A DNA stretch of 64,000 nt from Bacteroidota bacterium (GTDB taxonomy: Bacteria; Bacteroidota; Bacteroidia; UKL13-3): the NCBI GenBank assembly GCA_025359805.1, contig JANYDU010000012.1, positions 3,689 through 67,688 of the forward strand. Direction: 5' to 3'. A model generated the notes under the pieces. It worked only from the letters and a program-made list of their open reading frames with translations. It had not been told where the DNA came from and ran no database searches. Positions 1-8,855 of this stretch are shown here, in pieces; the stretch's first letter is position 1, and every line of letters begins with the position of its first letter. Position numbers and translations under genes: made by a program.

Positions 1-17
1 TTGTTAGCTTAAAAAAA

Positions 18-47
18 TTCCCGCAGATTTCGCAGATAAGCGCAGAA
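18..47. repeat. Upstream repeat block: TTCCCGCAGAT (18-28), then two further CGCAGA(T/A) copies at 31-37 and 41-47.
   Basis: Sequence ttcccgcagatttcgcagataagcgcagaag. The 11-bp arm 18-28 is the exact reverse complement of 457-467. Confidence 0.6.
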
Positions 48-108
48 GAAAAAAGTTATTATTACAGAAAATGATCTTTCATATATTATTCGTGGGGCTA
101 TCTTCAAA

Positions 109-438
109 GTGTATAATCAAATTAGTCCGGGTTTGTTAGAATCGGTTTATGTTGCTGCTTTGGTTCATGAGTTGAGAAAAGAGAACCTTCATGTGAATGT
201 AGAAGTTCCGGTTCCTGTTGTTTATGATAATGTAAAGCTTGAGCTTGGTTTCAGAATAGATATTTTAGTGAATGATTTGGTTGTTATAGAAGTAAAGTCT
301 GTTGAGAATCTTGCCGAAGTTCATCACAAGCAGGTAATCACCTATTTAAAAATTTATAACAAAAAGCTGGGCATACTTGTTAACTTTAATACGGATAACA
401 TTACAAATAGTATTTACAGGAAAGTGAATCATTTATAA
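109..438 (+). CDS. GxxExxY family protein (small PD-(D/E)XK-like protein). The ORF track starts at a GTG at 109, but the conserved N-terminus (…ITENDLSYIIRGAIFKVYNQ…) continues upstream in frame to about nt 40-73 with no ATG, so the true start is probably an upstream non-ATG codon.
   Basis: Translation carries the family hallmarks: IIRGAIFKVYNQISPGLLESVY (GxxExxY motif region), then VEVPVPVVYDNVKLELGFRIDILVNDLVVIEVKSVE. The in-frame stop TAA is at 37-39 and the reading frame is open from 40. Confidence 0.75.
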   Translation: MYNQISPGLLESVYVAALVHELRKENLHVNVEVPVPVVYDNVKLELGFRIDILVNDLVVIEVKSVENLAEVHHKQVITYLKIYNKKLGILVNFNTDNITNSIYRKVNHL

Positions 439-467
439 TCTGCGAAAATTAGCGGTATCTGCGGGAA
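439..467. repeat. Downstream inverted copy of the same repeat: TCTGCG (439-444) and ATCTGCGGGAA (457-467), immediately after the GxxExxY stop codon.
   Basis: tctgcgaaaattagcggtatctgcgggaa. The reverse complement of 457-467 equals 18-28 exactly, and TCTGCG is the reverse complement of CGCAGA. Confidence 0.6.
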
Positions 468-479
468 ACAAAATAACTA

Positions 480-995
480 ATGGAAGACAACACAACACCC
501 ATACAAAATAAAATAGCCAATAGCGGACTTATCACTATTGATTTGGAAGAGTTGTATCATAAAGGCGAACGCATTTTATTTGATATAAAAGACCAGCTTT
601 TTAGGGGAATGATTTTGAGAGAAAAAGATTTTCGGGAGTTTGTAAAGTTGCATGATTGGAGTCAATACCAAAATAAAAATATTGCTTTTGTTTGCTCTGC
701 CGATGCCATCATTCCAACTTGGGCATATATGCTTTTAGCGGTAAGTGTGGAGCCATTTGCAAACCGATATGTATTTGGTGATTTGCAGATTTTAGAAACC
801 ATTTTATTTAATGATGCCCTTCAAAAAATAAATGCTGAGGAGTATAAAGATGTGAGGGTTATAATTAAAGGTTGTAGCGATGTGCATGTTCCAGTAAGTG
901 CTTATGTAGAGATTACGCATAAACTTTCTCCGTATGTAAAAAGTATTATGTATGGCGAGGCTTGCAGCAATGTTCCTATCTGGAAAAGAAAATAA
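480..995 (+). CDS. DUF2480 family protein (conserved hypothetical protein of Bacteroidota)
   Basis: 171 aa. The N-terminus NKIANSGLITIDLEELYHKGERILFDIKDQLFRGMILREKDFRE matches the DUF2480 pattern from memory; not verified by search. Confidence 0.55.
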   Translation: MEDNTTPIQNKIANSGLITIDLEELYHKGERILFDIKDQLFRGMILREKDFREFVKLHDWSQYQNKNIAFVCSADAIIPTWAYMLLAVSVEPFANRYVFGDLQILETILFNDALQKINAEEYKDVRVIIKGCSDVHVPVSAYVEITHKLSPYVKSIMYGEACSNVPIWKRK

Positions 996-996
996 C

Positions 997-2076
997 TTAC
1001 GAATTAAACGCGCTAAAATTTCCATAAAAAGCTCCTCCAATATTATCAAGTTTTGCATGAGTTACACTACTTAAGCAATTTACTTTATTGGTTATTCTAA
1101 GCACACCTAAAAAAGCAAAAATTAATGCTTCTTTAAACTGTACAATATTTTTTTCGGGAATAATAATTTCAGCAGCAATTTTATTTTTGATAAGATGAAT
1201 GAGATATTTATTAAATGCGCCACCACCTGTTATTAATATTTTTTTTGATAGAGAATGATTTATAATTTGAGAAATTTGTTCGGCAATATGTGCTGTAAAA
1301 GTGGCCAATAAATCGCTATCGGAAACGGCAGCATAATTTTTAACAATGGGCCAAAAATGGTCATTCACCCATTCTTTTCCAAGAGATTTTGCTTGATACT
1401 TTTTATAGAAATCAAGGGCATTTAATTTCGATAATAACTCATCGTTTACTTTTCCGCTTGCCGCAATTTTTCCTTCGTCATCAAAGGGTAAATTCATCCA
1501 ATTACAAACATGATTTAAAATGGTATTGCAAGGGCAAATATCAAATGCGAATAGTTCATTGGTTTGGGTATAACTGATATTTGCAAAACCACCTAAATTT
1601 AAGCAAGCATCAAATTCGCCAAACAATTCTCTATCACCAATTGGAACGAGCGGAGCCCCTTGTCCACCAAGAGCCACATCAACGGTTCTAAAATCATAAA
1701 CTACTGGCAAATTTGTTTCAGCATATATGGATGCGCCATTGCCAATTTGTGCAGTAAATCCATTTTGGGGTTGATGAAAAATGGTATGTCCGTGAGAAGA
1801 AATAAGATCAATTTTTAAATCATATTTTTTTATAAAATCATTCACTATTTGCCCTAAATATTTGCCATAAAAAAAATCTGTTTTGGGGTACAAGAAAATG
1901 GGTTGTTCTTGCAAATTTGTTAAACGCGTAATCCAAACTTCAGGATAAGGAATGGTTTCAGCTTCAATAATTTTGAAGCTCCAGTTGTTGTTTTCATTTA
2001 TAAATTCACAATAAGCTACATCAACACCATCCATTGATGAGCCACTCATTAATCCAATTACTTTGTAAGGTTTCAT
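997..2076 (-). CDS. anmK: anhydro-N-acetylmuramic acid kinase
   Basis: N-terminus MKPYKVIGLMSGSSMDGVDVAY is the AnmK signature (MSGTSxDGID-like); 359 aa. Confidence 0.9.
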   Translation of the reverse strand: MKPYKVIGLMSGSSMDGVDVAYCEFINENNNWSFKIIEAETIPYPEVWITRLTNLQEQPIFLYPKTDFFYGKYLGQIVNDFIKKYDLKIDLISSHGHTIFHQPQNGFTAQIGNGASIYAETNLPVVYDFRTVDVALGGQGAPLVPIGDRELFGEFDACLNLGGFANISYTQTNELFAFDICPCNTILNHVCNWMNLPFDDEGKIAASGKVNDELLSKLNALDFYKKYQAKSLGKEWVNDHFWPIVKNYAAVSDSDLLATFTAHIAEQISQIINHSLSKKILITGGGAFNKYLIHLIKNKIAAEIIIPEKNIVQFKEALIFAFLGVLRITNKVNCLSSVTHAKLDNIGGAFYGNFSAFNS

Positions 2077-2149
2077 GTTAAGGTTTAATAAACGAAATTA
2101 TGATTTACGATTAAACTATTTACTCAATTTTTTGCATCTTTGATTTTGT

Positions 2150-3577
2150 ATGAAGAAAATATTTTTTGCCGTTATTTTTATTTGTTTCGTCCATTCATCA
2201 CAAGCTGGAAATGAATATGCAATTTTGTGCGGGCATGTTAAACATTTTCACACCAATAAAATAAGTGTGGTTATTTATAAAGATGCAACATCTGGTTTGG
2301 AGTTTGAATATCCTGCCATTATTAATCCCGATGGATACTTTAAAGTATTTGCCGTTATGGAGGTTCCGGTTACTGGTTATATAAAATTGGGCGAGCAATA
2401 CGCACCTTTATATTTGGAACCTGATGATAGTTTATTTATCACCATAGATGAAGATAAATTTAATGAATCGATAAAGTTTTCAGGAAAAGGATCGGGTAAT
2501 TTAAATATGTATAATCGGTTTTTTTATCTCACGCAATTTTTATCTTTTAAAAATTCCGCATCAACCCAAAAACGAAGATTAAGCGATGCAACGGAAGATG
2601 AAATATTTTTTGTTGAAGATAGTTTATTGTTGGCAAGCAATAAAATAATAGATAGTTTAAAAAAAGTATATGAGCCCGGTTCTGAATTTTTATCGTACAT
2701 GAAAAACGAGATTTATTACAAAAATGCAGAACAAGTTATTTCATTTCCATTGATGAAAAAATACCTGACCAAACAAACATCAAAACCAAATTATTCAAAA
2801 CGATTTACAGATTATGTAGCCGCTAAAAACACCAATGATGGAGAGCTTTCACGACACCCTGACTATATTAAATTTTTAAATGCAGTACTCAATTATTATT
2901 TGATTGTTGCCACTTCAGAAAACGAACAGTTAACCAGCGAAAAAGTATATCAACTCAAATACAAATTGATTAGAGAAAAATTTATTTCAACAAGAATTCA
3001 AATTGCATTAATGGGTGCTGTGGTAAGTGAAGCCATTGAATACGGAGATGCTGCAGTTGTAAAAAACATGTATGATGAATTTATAAAAATAACTGCTGAT
3101 GTTTTTTTGGCAGATGCGCTTAAAGATAAAATGAAACAAGCAAATGCTTCGAAAGAAGGTGAATTTGCCCCAGATTTTACGCTAAGCGATGAGAATGGAA
3201 AAAAGATTTCACTTAGCAGTTTAAAAGGCAAGTTGGTTTATATTGATGTTTGGGCAACTTGGTGCTTGCCTTGTATGAAAGAACTTCCATATAGTATGGA
3301 GATGCAGAAAAAATTTGCAAACAAAAAGGACATCGTTTTTATGTATGTATCCATTGATGATGAACAAACAAAATGGAAGAATACCATTAAAGAAAAACAG
3401 TTAACAGGATTGCATTTAATTTCACCAGGACGAACATCTGAGATCACAAAACTGTATGCTATTACCAGTATTCCAAGATATATTTTTATTGGAAAAGACG
3501 GAAAAATTATTGAAGCAAATGCACCACAACCAAGTGAAAAAGAAACGGAGGAAATGATTAATTATTTTTTGAAATAA
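2150..3577 (+). CDS. TlpA/ResA-family thiol-disulfide oxidoreductase, lipoprotein-like: N-terminal domain of unknown function plus a C-terminal thioredoxin fold
   Basis: Signal peptide MKKIFFAVIFICFVHSSQA. C-terminal APDFTLSDENGKKISLSSLKGKLVYIDVWATWCLPCMKELP carries the WCxxC redox motif of TlpA/AhpC-TSA proteins. Confidence 0.8.
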   Translation: MKKIFFAVIFICFVHSSQAGNEYAILCGHVKHFHTNKISVVIYKDATSGLEFEYPAIINPDGYFKVFAVMEVPVTGYIKLGEQYAPLYLEPDDSLFITIDEDKFNESIKFSGKGSGNLNMYNRFFYLTQFLSFKNSASTQKRRLSDATEDEIFFVEDSLLLASNKIIDSLKKVYEPGSEFLSYMKNEIYYKNAEQVISFPLMKKYLTKQTSKPNYSKRFTDYVAAKNTNDGELSRHPDYIKFLNAVLNYYLIVATSENEQLTSEKVYQLKYKLIREKFISTRIQIALMGAVVSEAIEYGDAAVVKNMYDEFIKITADVFLADALKDKMKQANASKEGEFAPDFTLSDENGKKISLSSLKGKLVYIDVWATWCLPCMKELPYSMEMQKKFANKKDIVFMYVSIDDEQTKWKNTIKEKQLTGLHLISPGRTSEITKLYAITSIPRYIFIGKDGKIIEANAPQPSEKETEEMINYFLK

Positions 3578-3586
3578 CATAAAACC

Positions 3587-4867
3587 ATGAAACCAAACAG
3601 ACGAAATTTTATCAAACAAACAGCTGGAACGTTGCTTGCAGGAATTGCCATGAGTGATTTTCTTCTCGCTGAAAATACGACTCTTATTTCATCACAAGGA
3701 AAAAAAATAGTAGCTGATGATGAAAAATTTTGGAGCATGGTTCGTCAGCAATTTCCACTTACAAAAGATGTAGCATACCTAAATAATGGAACCATGGGGC
3801 CTTCACCATATCCAGTAATTGAAGCCGTGCGCAAGGGAATGATGGATGGAGACCAGTTTGGAAATTATGGAGGGTGGGAAGCCTCTCAAAAAAAATTAGC
3901 CAATTTTGTTGGCGCTAATGAGGATGAAATTGCACTTACACATAATGTTACCGATGGAATAAATATTGCGTGTTGGGGTTTGCCTTTACAAAAAGGAGAT
4001 GAAGTAATTATGACCACACATGAGCATGTTGGAAATGCTTTTCCTTGGCTCAATAGGCAAAAATTAGACGGCATAGTTTTAAAAACTTTTACACCCGCAT
4101 CTACTGCTGCCGAAACATTAAATAGAATTTCATCCCTCATTAACAAAAAAACACGAGCCATAGCAGTGCCACATATTCCGTGCACACAAGGACAAATTTT
4201 ACCGGCAAAAGAAATTTCAAAACTTGGAAAAGAAAAAGGATTATTTGTTTTTATTGACGGAGCTCATGGGCCAGGAATGTTATTATTAGATATACATGAT
4301 ATTGGTTGTGATATGTATGCAAGTTGCTGCCACAAGTGGATGTTGGGTCCTAAAGGAACAGGATTTTTATATGTAAAAAAAGATTTCCAAAATACATTAC
4401 AAACGTATTTTGTTGGCGGAGGAAGTGATAATGCAAAATGGAATATGGCTACAAACCCTGTTCAGATGGGCGATTACGCAAGCTCAGCACACAGGTATTA
4501 TGGAGGCACACAATCAGCAGGATTGTATAAAGGTGTGGATGCCTCCATTGATTTTATAGAAAATATTGGCATGCAAAATATTCACGATAGAATAAAAATG
4601 TTGGGAGGATATGTGCAACAAAAATTATTAGAATTTGGTGATAAAATAGAATTGATTACCCCTATTGAAGAACAATCAAGGTGTGCTGTAAACGGTTTTA
4701 GAATTAAAGGTATAGAGTATGATAAATTTTATGCAAAAGCATCCGAAAATAAAATTAGAATTAGAATGGTTCCCGAAAATGGATTAAACTCTTTGCGCAT
4801 TTCCACACATATTTATAATACAAAAAGCGAAGTGGATAAATTGATAGACTTGATTGGAAAAGTTTAA
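3587..4867 (+). CDS. Class V aminotransferase-fold PLP-dependent enzyme with a twin-arginine (Tat) signal peptide (cysteine desulfurase/isopenicillin-N-epimerase-like)
   Basis: N-terminus MKPNRRNFIKQTAGTLLAGIAMS is a Tat motif. HKWMLGPKGTGFLYV is the PLP-lysine region typical of class V enzymes. Confidence 0.8.
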   Translation: MKPNRRNFIKQTAGTLLAGIAMSDFLLAENTTLISSQGKKIVADDEKFWSMVRQQFPLTKDVAYLNNGTMGPSPYPVIEAVRKGMMDGDQFGNYGGWEASQKKLANFVGANEDEIALTHNVTDGINIACWGLPLQKGDEVIMTTHEHVGNAFPWLNRQKLDGIVLKTFTPASTAAETLNRISSLINKKTRAIAVPHIPCTQGQILPAKEISKLGKEKGLFVFIDGAHGPGMLLLDIHDIGCDMYASCCHKWMLGPKGTGFLYVKKDFQNTLQTYFVGGGSDNAKWNMATNPVQMGDYASSAHRYYGGTQSAGLYKGVDASIDFIENIGMQNIHDRIKMLGGYVQQKLLEFGDKIELITPIEEQSRCAVNGFRIKGIEYDKFYAKASENKIRIRMVPENGLNSLRISTHIYNTKSEVDKLIDLIGKV

Positions 4868-5008
4868 AATTACCAATCATTTTTATAGCCCTATTCATCT
4901 TCACCCATAAATTTATACACTTTACCGACCTCTTTTTAGGTATGACCATAATTGGATTTGCTTCTATTAAATTTGAGCATACGTTTGTATCATCAAATAA
5001 CTTTAAAG

Positions 5009-5776
5009 ATGGAAGTGATGGATAATAACAACGAACAAAATGGTTCTCATAGATGGAATCATAAACATAGCAGAAGTGGCAGAGTAATGGGAGGCATTGT
5101 GATTATTTGCGTGGGTGCTGCATTGCTTGCAAAACAAATGGGTGTGCTTATTCCCGAATGGATTTTTACATGGGAAATGCTTCTTATTGTAGTAGGGTTT
5201 TATATTGGAGCGAAACATAATTTTACCAGAGGAGGTTGGTTTGTTCCTATCATTATCGGCTCTCTTTTTTTATTAGATGATGTTTTTCCTGATATGAGCA
5301 TCGGACCTTTATTTTGGCCTATATTTATTATTGTAATAGGCTTAATTATGATTTTTAAACCGAGGAGTAATAAATGGAAAAATAATTGGAAAGAAAATTG
5401 TGCCCCATATTCAAAAGATAAAAGTGTAAATGAAGATGTGATTGATTCGGTTTCGATTTTTGGAGGGATTAAAAAAAATATTATCTCAAAAGATTTTAAA
5501 GGAGGAACCATCACTTGCATATTTGGTGGAGCAGAAATTAATTTAAGTCAGGCTGATATTATTGGACGTGTAGAATTGGAAATGACACAAGTATTTGGCG
5601 GCACAAAATTAATTGTTCCAGCTCATTGGAATATTCAAACAGAAATGATGGTGGCAGTGCTTGGTGGTATTGAGGATAAAAGACCAGTTCAAAAAGATTT
5701 TGTGGGTGATATAAATAAAGTATTAGTGATAAAAGGGTCATCTGTTTTTGGCGGAATTGAAATAAAAAGTTATTAA
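5009..5776 (+). CDS. LiaF-like membrane protein: LiaI/LiaF-type transmembrane region plus the LiaF C-terminal (DUF2154-like) domain. The ORF-track start at 4952 is rejected in favour of ATG 5009 or 5018.
   Basis: Several predicted TM helices (GGIVIICVGAALLA…, LLIVVGFYIGA…, IFIIVIGLIMIF). The C-terminal beta-rich segment IFGGIKKNI…GGTITCIFGGAEINLSQADIIGRVELEMTQVFGGTKLIVPAHWNI is typical of LiaF/YvqF C-termini. It lies directly upstream of a LytS-type kinase. Confidence 0.7.
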   Translation: MEVMDNNNEQNGSHRWNHKHSRSGRVMGGIVIICVGAALLAKQMGVLIPEWIFTWEMLLIVVGFYIGAKHNFTRGGWFVPIIIGSLFLLDDVFPDMSIGPLFWPIFIIVIGLIMIFKPRSNKWKNNWKENCAPYSKDKSVNEDVIDSVSIFGGIKKNIISKDFKGGTITCIFGGAEINLSQADIIGRVELEMTQVFGGTKLIVPAHWNIQTEMMVAVLGGIEDKRPVQKDFVGDINKVLVIKGSSVFGGIEIKSY

Positions 5777-5822
5777 ATAATAGGTTAACATACAAAAATG
5801 TAAAAGCACACAAAATATATAC

Positions 5823-6182
5823 TTGACTATGAACTGGTACTTGATAAAAATGGTTTTCAATATTAATGTTGGTGAGCAAGTAAGCAACCCACAATTTGAT
5901 GAACAAGTAAGATTAATTGAAGCACGAAACGAAGAAGAGGCATTTATAAAAGCACGCATGATTGGTGTGCGTGAAGAAGATTCCTTTGAGAATGATTCAC
6001 AAAATGGAGTGGCGTGGAAATTTATTGATATATCTGAACTCACACTTATAAAAGAATTTACAGATGGAATGGAAATTTGTTCAAAAATTTCTGAACACGA
6101 TTATCCCGAAGGATACATCAATTTCATTTATCAAAAAGCGAAACAAATTGAACAACGGCTTTCATTAAATGTGGTTGCATGA
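5823..6182 (+). CDS. DUF4288-like small cytoplasmic protein (start may be ATG 5829, MNWYL…)
   Basis: MNWYLIKMVFNINVGEQVSNPQFDEQVRLIEARNEEEAFIKARMIGVREEDSF resembles the DUF4288 family from memory. It overlaps the downstream kinase gene by 4 nt, consistent with an operon. Confidence 0.5.
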   Translation: MTMNWYLIKMVFNINVGEQVSNPQFDEQVRLIEARNEEEAFIKARMIGVREEDSFENDSQNGVAWKFIDISELTLIKEFTDGMEICSKISEHDYPEGYINFIYQKAKQIEQRLSLNVVA

Positions 6183-7219
6183 TTACGTTTCAATCACTCA
6201 CATCTAAAAAAGCAATAGTTGCATACACAAGCTGGTGGGCATTTTGGGTATTTATTCATCTATATGTTTTGTTAGGTTTTAATATCGCATTTAAGGTTGC
6301 AGTCATTGATAGTTTATTAACTAATTTTACCATTTATTTTTTAGTTCTTTCCTTCTTTTATCTATTAAAATATTATCAACCTCAGCGCGAAAACATTTTT
6401 TATATGCGCATTTGGACTTTACTATTAGCTGTATTTGTAACGCTTTTTTTAAACTGGCTGTTTAAAAAAATATTTTATTCAAACACCCAATATCTTCAAT
6501 TTATTAGTCAAAGTTTTACGATTCGTTTTTGTTATCATTTTTTGATGATTTCTTTTATTTCATTAGTGATATGGGTTTGGAATTACTTAAAAGAAATACA
6601 AGAAGGTGATACCCGTAAAACCCAAGCCGAACAATTGGCTAAAGAAGCTGAGCTAAATAATATAAGGCAACAGTTACAACCACATTTTTTATTTAACAGT
6701 TTAAATTCTATTAGCGCATTGGCTGGATCAAGACCTGAGGAGGCAAGAAAAATGATTCAACAATTATCTGATTTTTTGAGAGGGACCATGCGTAAAGATG
6801 AACAGCAATTAATAAAACTGGAAGACGAATTAACACATCTTAAATTATATTTAGATATTGAAAAAGTTAGATTTGGGCATCGATTAAAAAATGAAATTTT
6901 GTGTGATGAAGAAAGTTTGTCGATGCTTTTACCAGCATTAATTTTACAGCCCGTTGTTGAAAATGCCATTAAGTTTGGCTTATATGATACAACAGATAAT
7001 ATTACCATTTCTGTATCATCAACAGTAGAAGAAAACCAATTGATTATTATTGTTAAAAACCCTTTCGACCCTCAAACATCAAGCCCTAAGCAGGGTGTTG
7101 GATTTGGCTTAAACTCCATTAACCGAAGATTATATTTATTATTTGCAAGGCAAGATTTATTGCAAACGCATTCCGAAAAAAATCAATTTATTACTACTAT
7201 AAAAATCCCACAAGTATGA
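6179..7219 (+). CDS. Sensor histidine kinase, LytS/YehU (His_kinase pfam06580) type
   Basis: Five to six N-terminal TM helices, then NNIRQQLQPHFLFNSLNSISAL (His_kinase domain, phospho-His) and a C-terminal HATPase-like region (QPVVENAIKFG…GVGFGLNSI). Confidence 0.85.
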   Translation: MITFQSLTSKKAIVAYTSWWAFWVFIHLYVLLGFNIAFKVAVIDSLLTNFTIYFLVLSFFYLLKYYQPQRENIFYMRIWTLLLAVFVTLFLNWLFKKIFYSNTQYLQFISQSFTIRFCYHFLMISFISLVIWVWNYLKEIQEGDTRKTQAEQLAKEAELNNIRQQLQPHFLFNSLNSISALAGSRPEEARKMIQQLSDFLRGTMRKDEQQLIKLEDELTHLKLYLDIEKVRFGHRLKNEILCDEESLSMLLPALILQPVVENAIKFGLYDTTDNITISVSSTVEENQLIIIVKNPFDPQTSSPKQGVGFGLNSINRRLYLLFARQDLLQTHSEKNQFITTIKIPQV

Positions 7220-7959
7220 TAAAATGTGTAATTATAGATGACGAACCATTAGCAAGAGGAATTGTAAAAGAATACCTTGATGCGCTTCCTGATTTTGAAA
7301 TTATGCAGGAATGTAATGACGGATTTGAAGGGGTGAAAGCTATAATGCAACATCAACCAGATTTAATTTTTTTAGATATTCAAATGCCAAAAATTAGTGG
7401 TTTTGAAATGCTCGAACTATTAGAACAACAACCAGCAGTTATTTTTACCACTGCTTTTGATGAATACGCAATGAAGGCTTTTGATGCACATGCGATTGAT
7501 TATTTATTAAAACCATTTAGCAAAGAACGTTTTGATAAAGCGGTGCAAAAATGGAAAGATCAAAGGGGAAATTTAGACATAAAACAAAAAACAGATTCGA
7601 TGCTGGATATGGTGTCAAAACATCATGAAGAACATCAACGCGTGGTGGTAAAAACTGGAAGTAAAATTCGCATTATTCCAGTTCATGATGTTTTATATTT
7701 GGAAGCGGATGATGACTATGTGCGCATTCATACCATTGAGGGTTCGTTCTTAAAAAAGAAAACCATGCAACATTTTGAAGATACTTTATCTCCTTCACAA
7801 TTTGTAAGAGTGCACAGGTCATATATTATTCAAATTGCTCAAATCACTCGTATCGAATCAACAGATAAAGAGAATCATGTGGCAGTACTAAAAAATAATG
7901 AACGTATTCCATTAAGCAAAACAGGCTATCCCAAATTAAAAGCTGTTTTAGGATTATAA
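7216..7959 (+). CDS. LytTR-family two-component response regulator
   Basis: Receiver domain (VIIDDEPLAR…DLIFLDIQMP…KPF) followed by a LytTR DNA-binding domain (IPVHDVLYLEADDDYVRIHT…FVRVHRSYII). Overlaps the kinase gene by 4 nt. Confidence 0.9.
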   Translation: MIKCVIIDDEPLARGIVKEYLDALPDFEIMQECNDGFEGVKAIMQHQPDLIFLDIQMPKISGFEMLELLEQQPAVIFTTAFDEYAMKAFDAHAIDYLLKPFSKERFDKAVQKWKDQRGNLDIKQKTDSMLDMVSKHHEEHQRVVVKTGSKIRIIPVHDVLYLEADDDYVRIHTIEGSFLKKKTMQHFEDTLSPSQFVRVHRSYIIQIAQITRIESTDKENHVAVLKNNERIPLSKTGYPKLKAVLGL

Positions 7960-8030
7960 AAATTTAAAGGATAGATTTTTAAATTTGTGAGAACGCTGTT
8001 TACAAATTATATTTATAGCCATATTTAGCT

Positions 8031-8843
8031 ATGAATTTAATGCATCCTCAATCAAATAAAATCGCTCATCTTGCCTTAGCACAATTTTTTTCGTGGTGTA
8101 GTATTTATGAAAGATCATTTAGCACAAAAGTGTTAACTCAAAAAATGAATGAACTTGTTACGGATGATATTTCTCTCACAAATATTGACGGGACTATAAT
8201 CGGGAAAGAAAAGTTTTTGCAACGATTACTTATATTACATAAACTCCAAAATGCGCATCATATAAAAAATGTTAATCTAAAATTCAATAATGATAAAACT
8301 GTTTTAATTACTGCTGATGCCATGTATCAAAATGTATTGCCCGATTCTGTTTCAAATAGTTATTCGGTGAAATGGCATCATGAAATGATTTTCACAAACA
8401 ATTTTTTTCCTAAAATTAAATTATTGAGAGTAGAAACAGTTTCTATTATTGAGAACGAAATGTTTTTAAATAATTATGTTACTAATAGAACATTGGCTTT
8501 TATTCATTATTGGATATTTCTATTCAATCATAAAAAGGCAAGCCTGTATGAAGTTTTTTCCGATGAAACAAATTTTAATATTGATGGGTATGAGGGAATA
8601 AAATATTTTCATGATTTTATTTTATGGGTAGAAAAAAATAAAATACATGATGGAAATATGAATAATGCACCTAAAAATTTTCATGTATTTGAAAAGTATA
8701 ATGATGAAATATTTGCTTTTTTTGAATTGGAAATGGAAGCAAATGATGGAAATTTAATTCACACAAAACATGAATGGGTTTTATCAAATAATTCCGAAGA
8801 TAGGTTTCCCCAAATTATAAAAATGAGCATTGTAATTAGTTAA
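8031..8843 (+). CDS. Hypothetical protein, apparently two tandem ~130-aa halves (possibly NTF2/SnoaL-like folds). Function unknown.
   Basis: 270-aa ORF with no recognisable motif, very AT-rich. Its internal two-fold organisation is inferred from length and composition only. Confidence 0.45.
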   Translation: MNLMHPQSNKIAHLALAQFFSWCSIYERSFSTKVLTQKMNELVTDDISLTNIDGTIIGKEKFLQRLLILHKLQNAHHIKNVNLKFNNDKTVLITADAMYQNVLPDSVSNSYSVKWHHEMIFTNNFFPKIKLLRVETVSIIENEMFLNNYVTNRTLAFIHYWIFLFNHKKASLYEVFSDETNFNIDGYEGIKYFHDFILWVEKNKIHDGNMNNAPKNFHVFEKYNDEIFAFFELEMEANDGNLIHTKHEWVLSNNSEDRFPQIIKMSIVIS

Positions 8844-8855
8844 ATTATTAATTGT

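Noticed and set aside
1389-1577. Small antisense ORFs inside anmK (1389-1577) and many similar 60-120-aa ORFs inside or opposite large genes (e.g. 2198-2398, 3886-4185, 11758-12009, 14189-14443, 16080-16271, 21071-21298, 38099-38458, 45144-45449, 47227-47658, 57912-58133)
   Set aside because: All lie within or antisense to well-supported coding regions and have low-complexity or hydrophobic composition with no motifs. Treated as frame artefacts of an AT-rich genome.
4952-5008. N-terminal extension of the LiaF-like gene to ATG 4952 (MDLLLLNLSIRLYHQITLK…)
   Set aside because: The extension is hydrophobic junk with no signal-peptide logic. ATG 5009/5018 gives a sensible His-rich cytoplasmic N-terminus.
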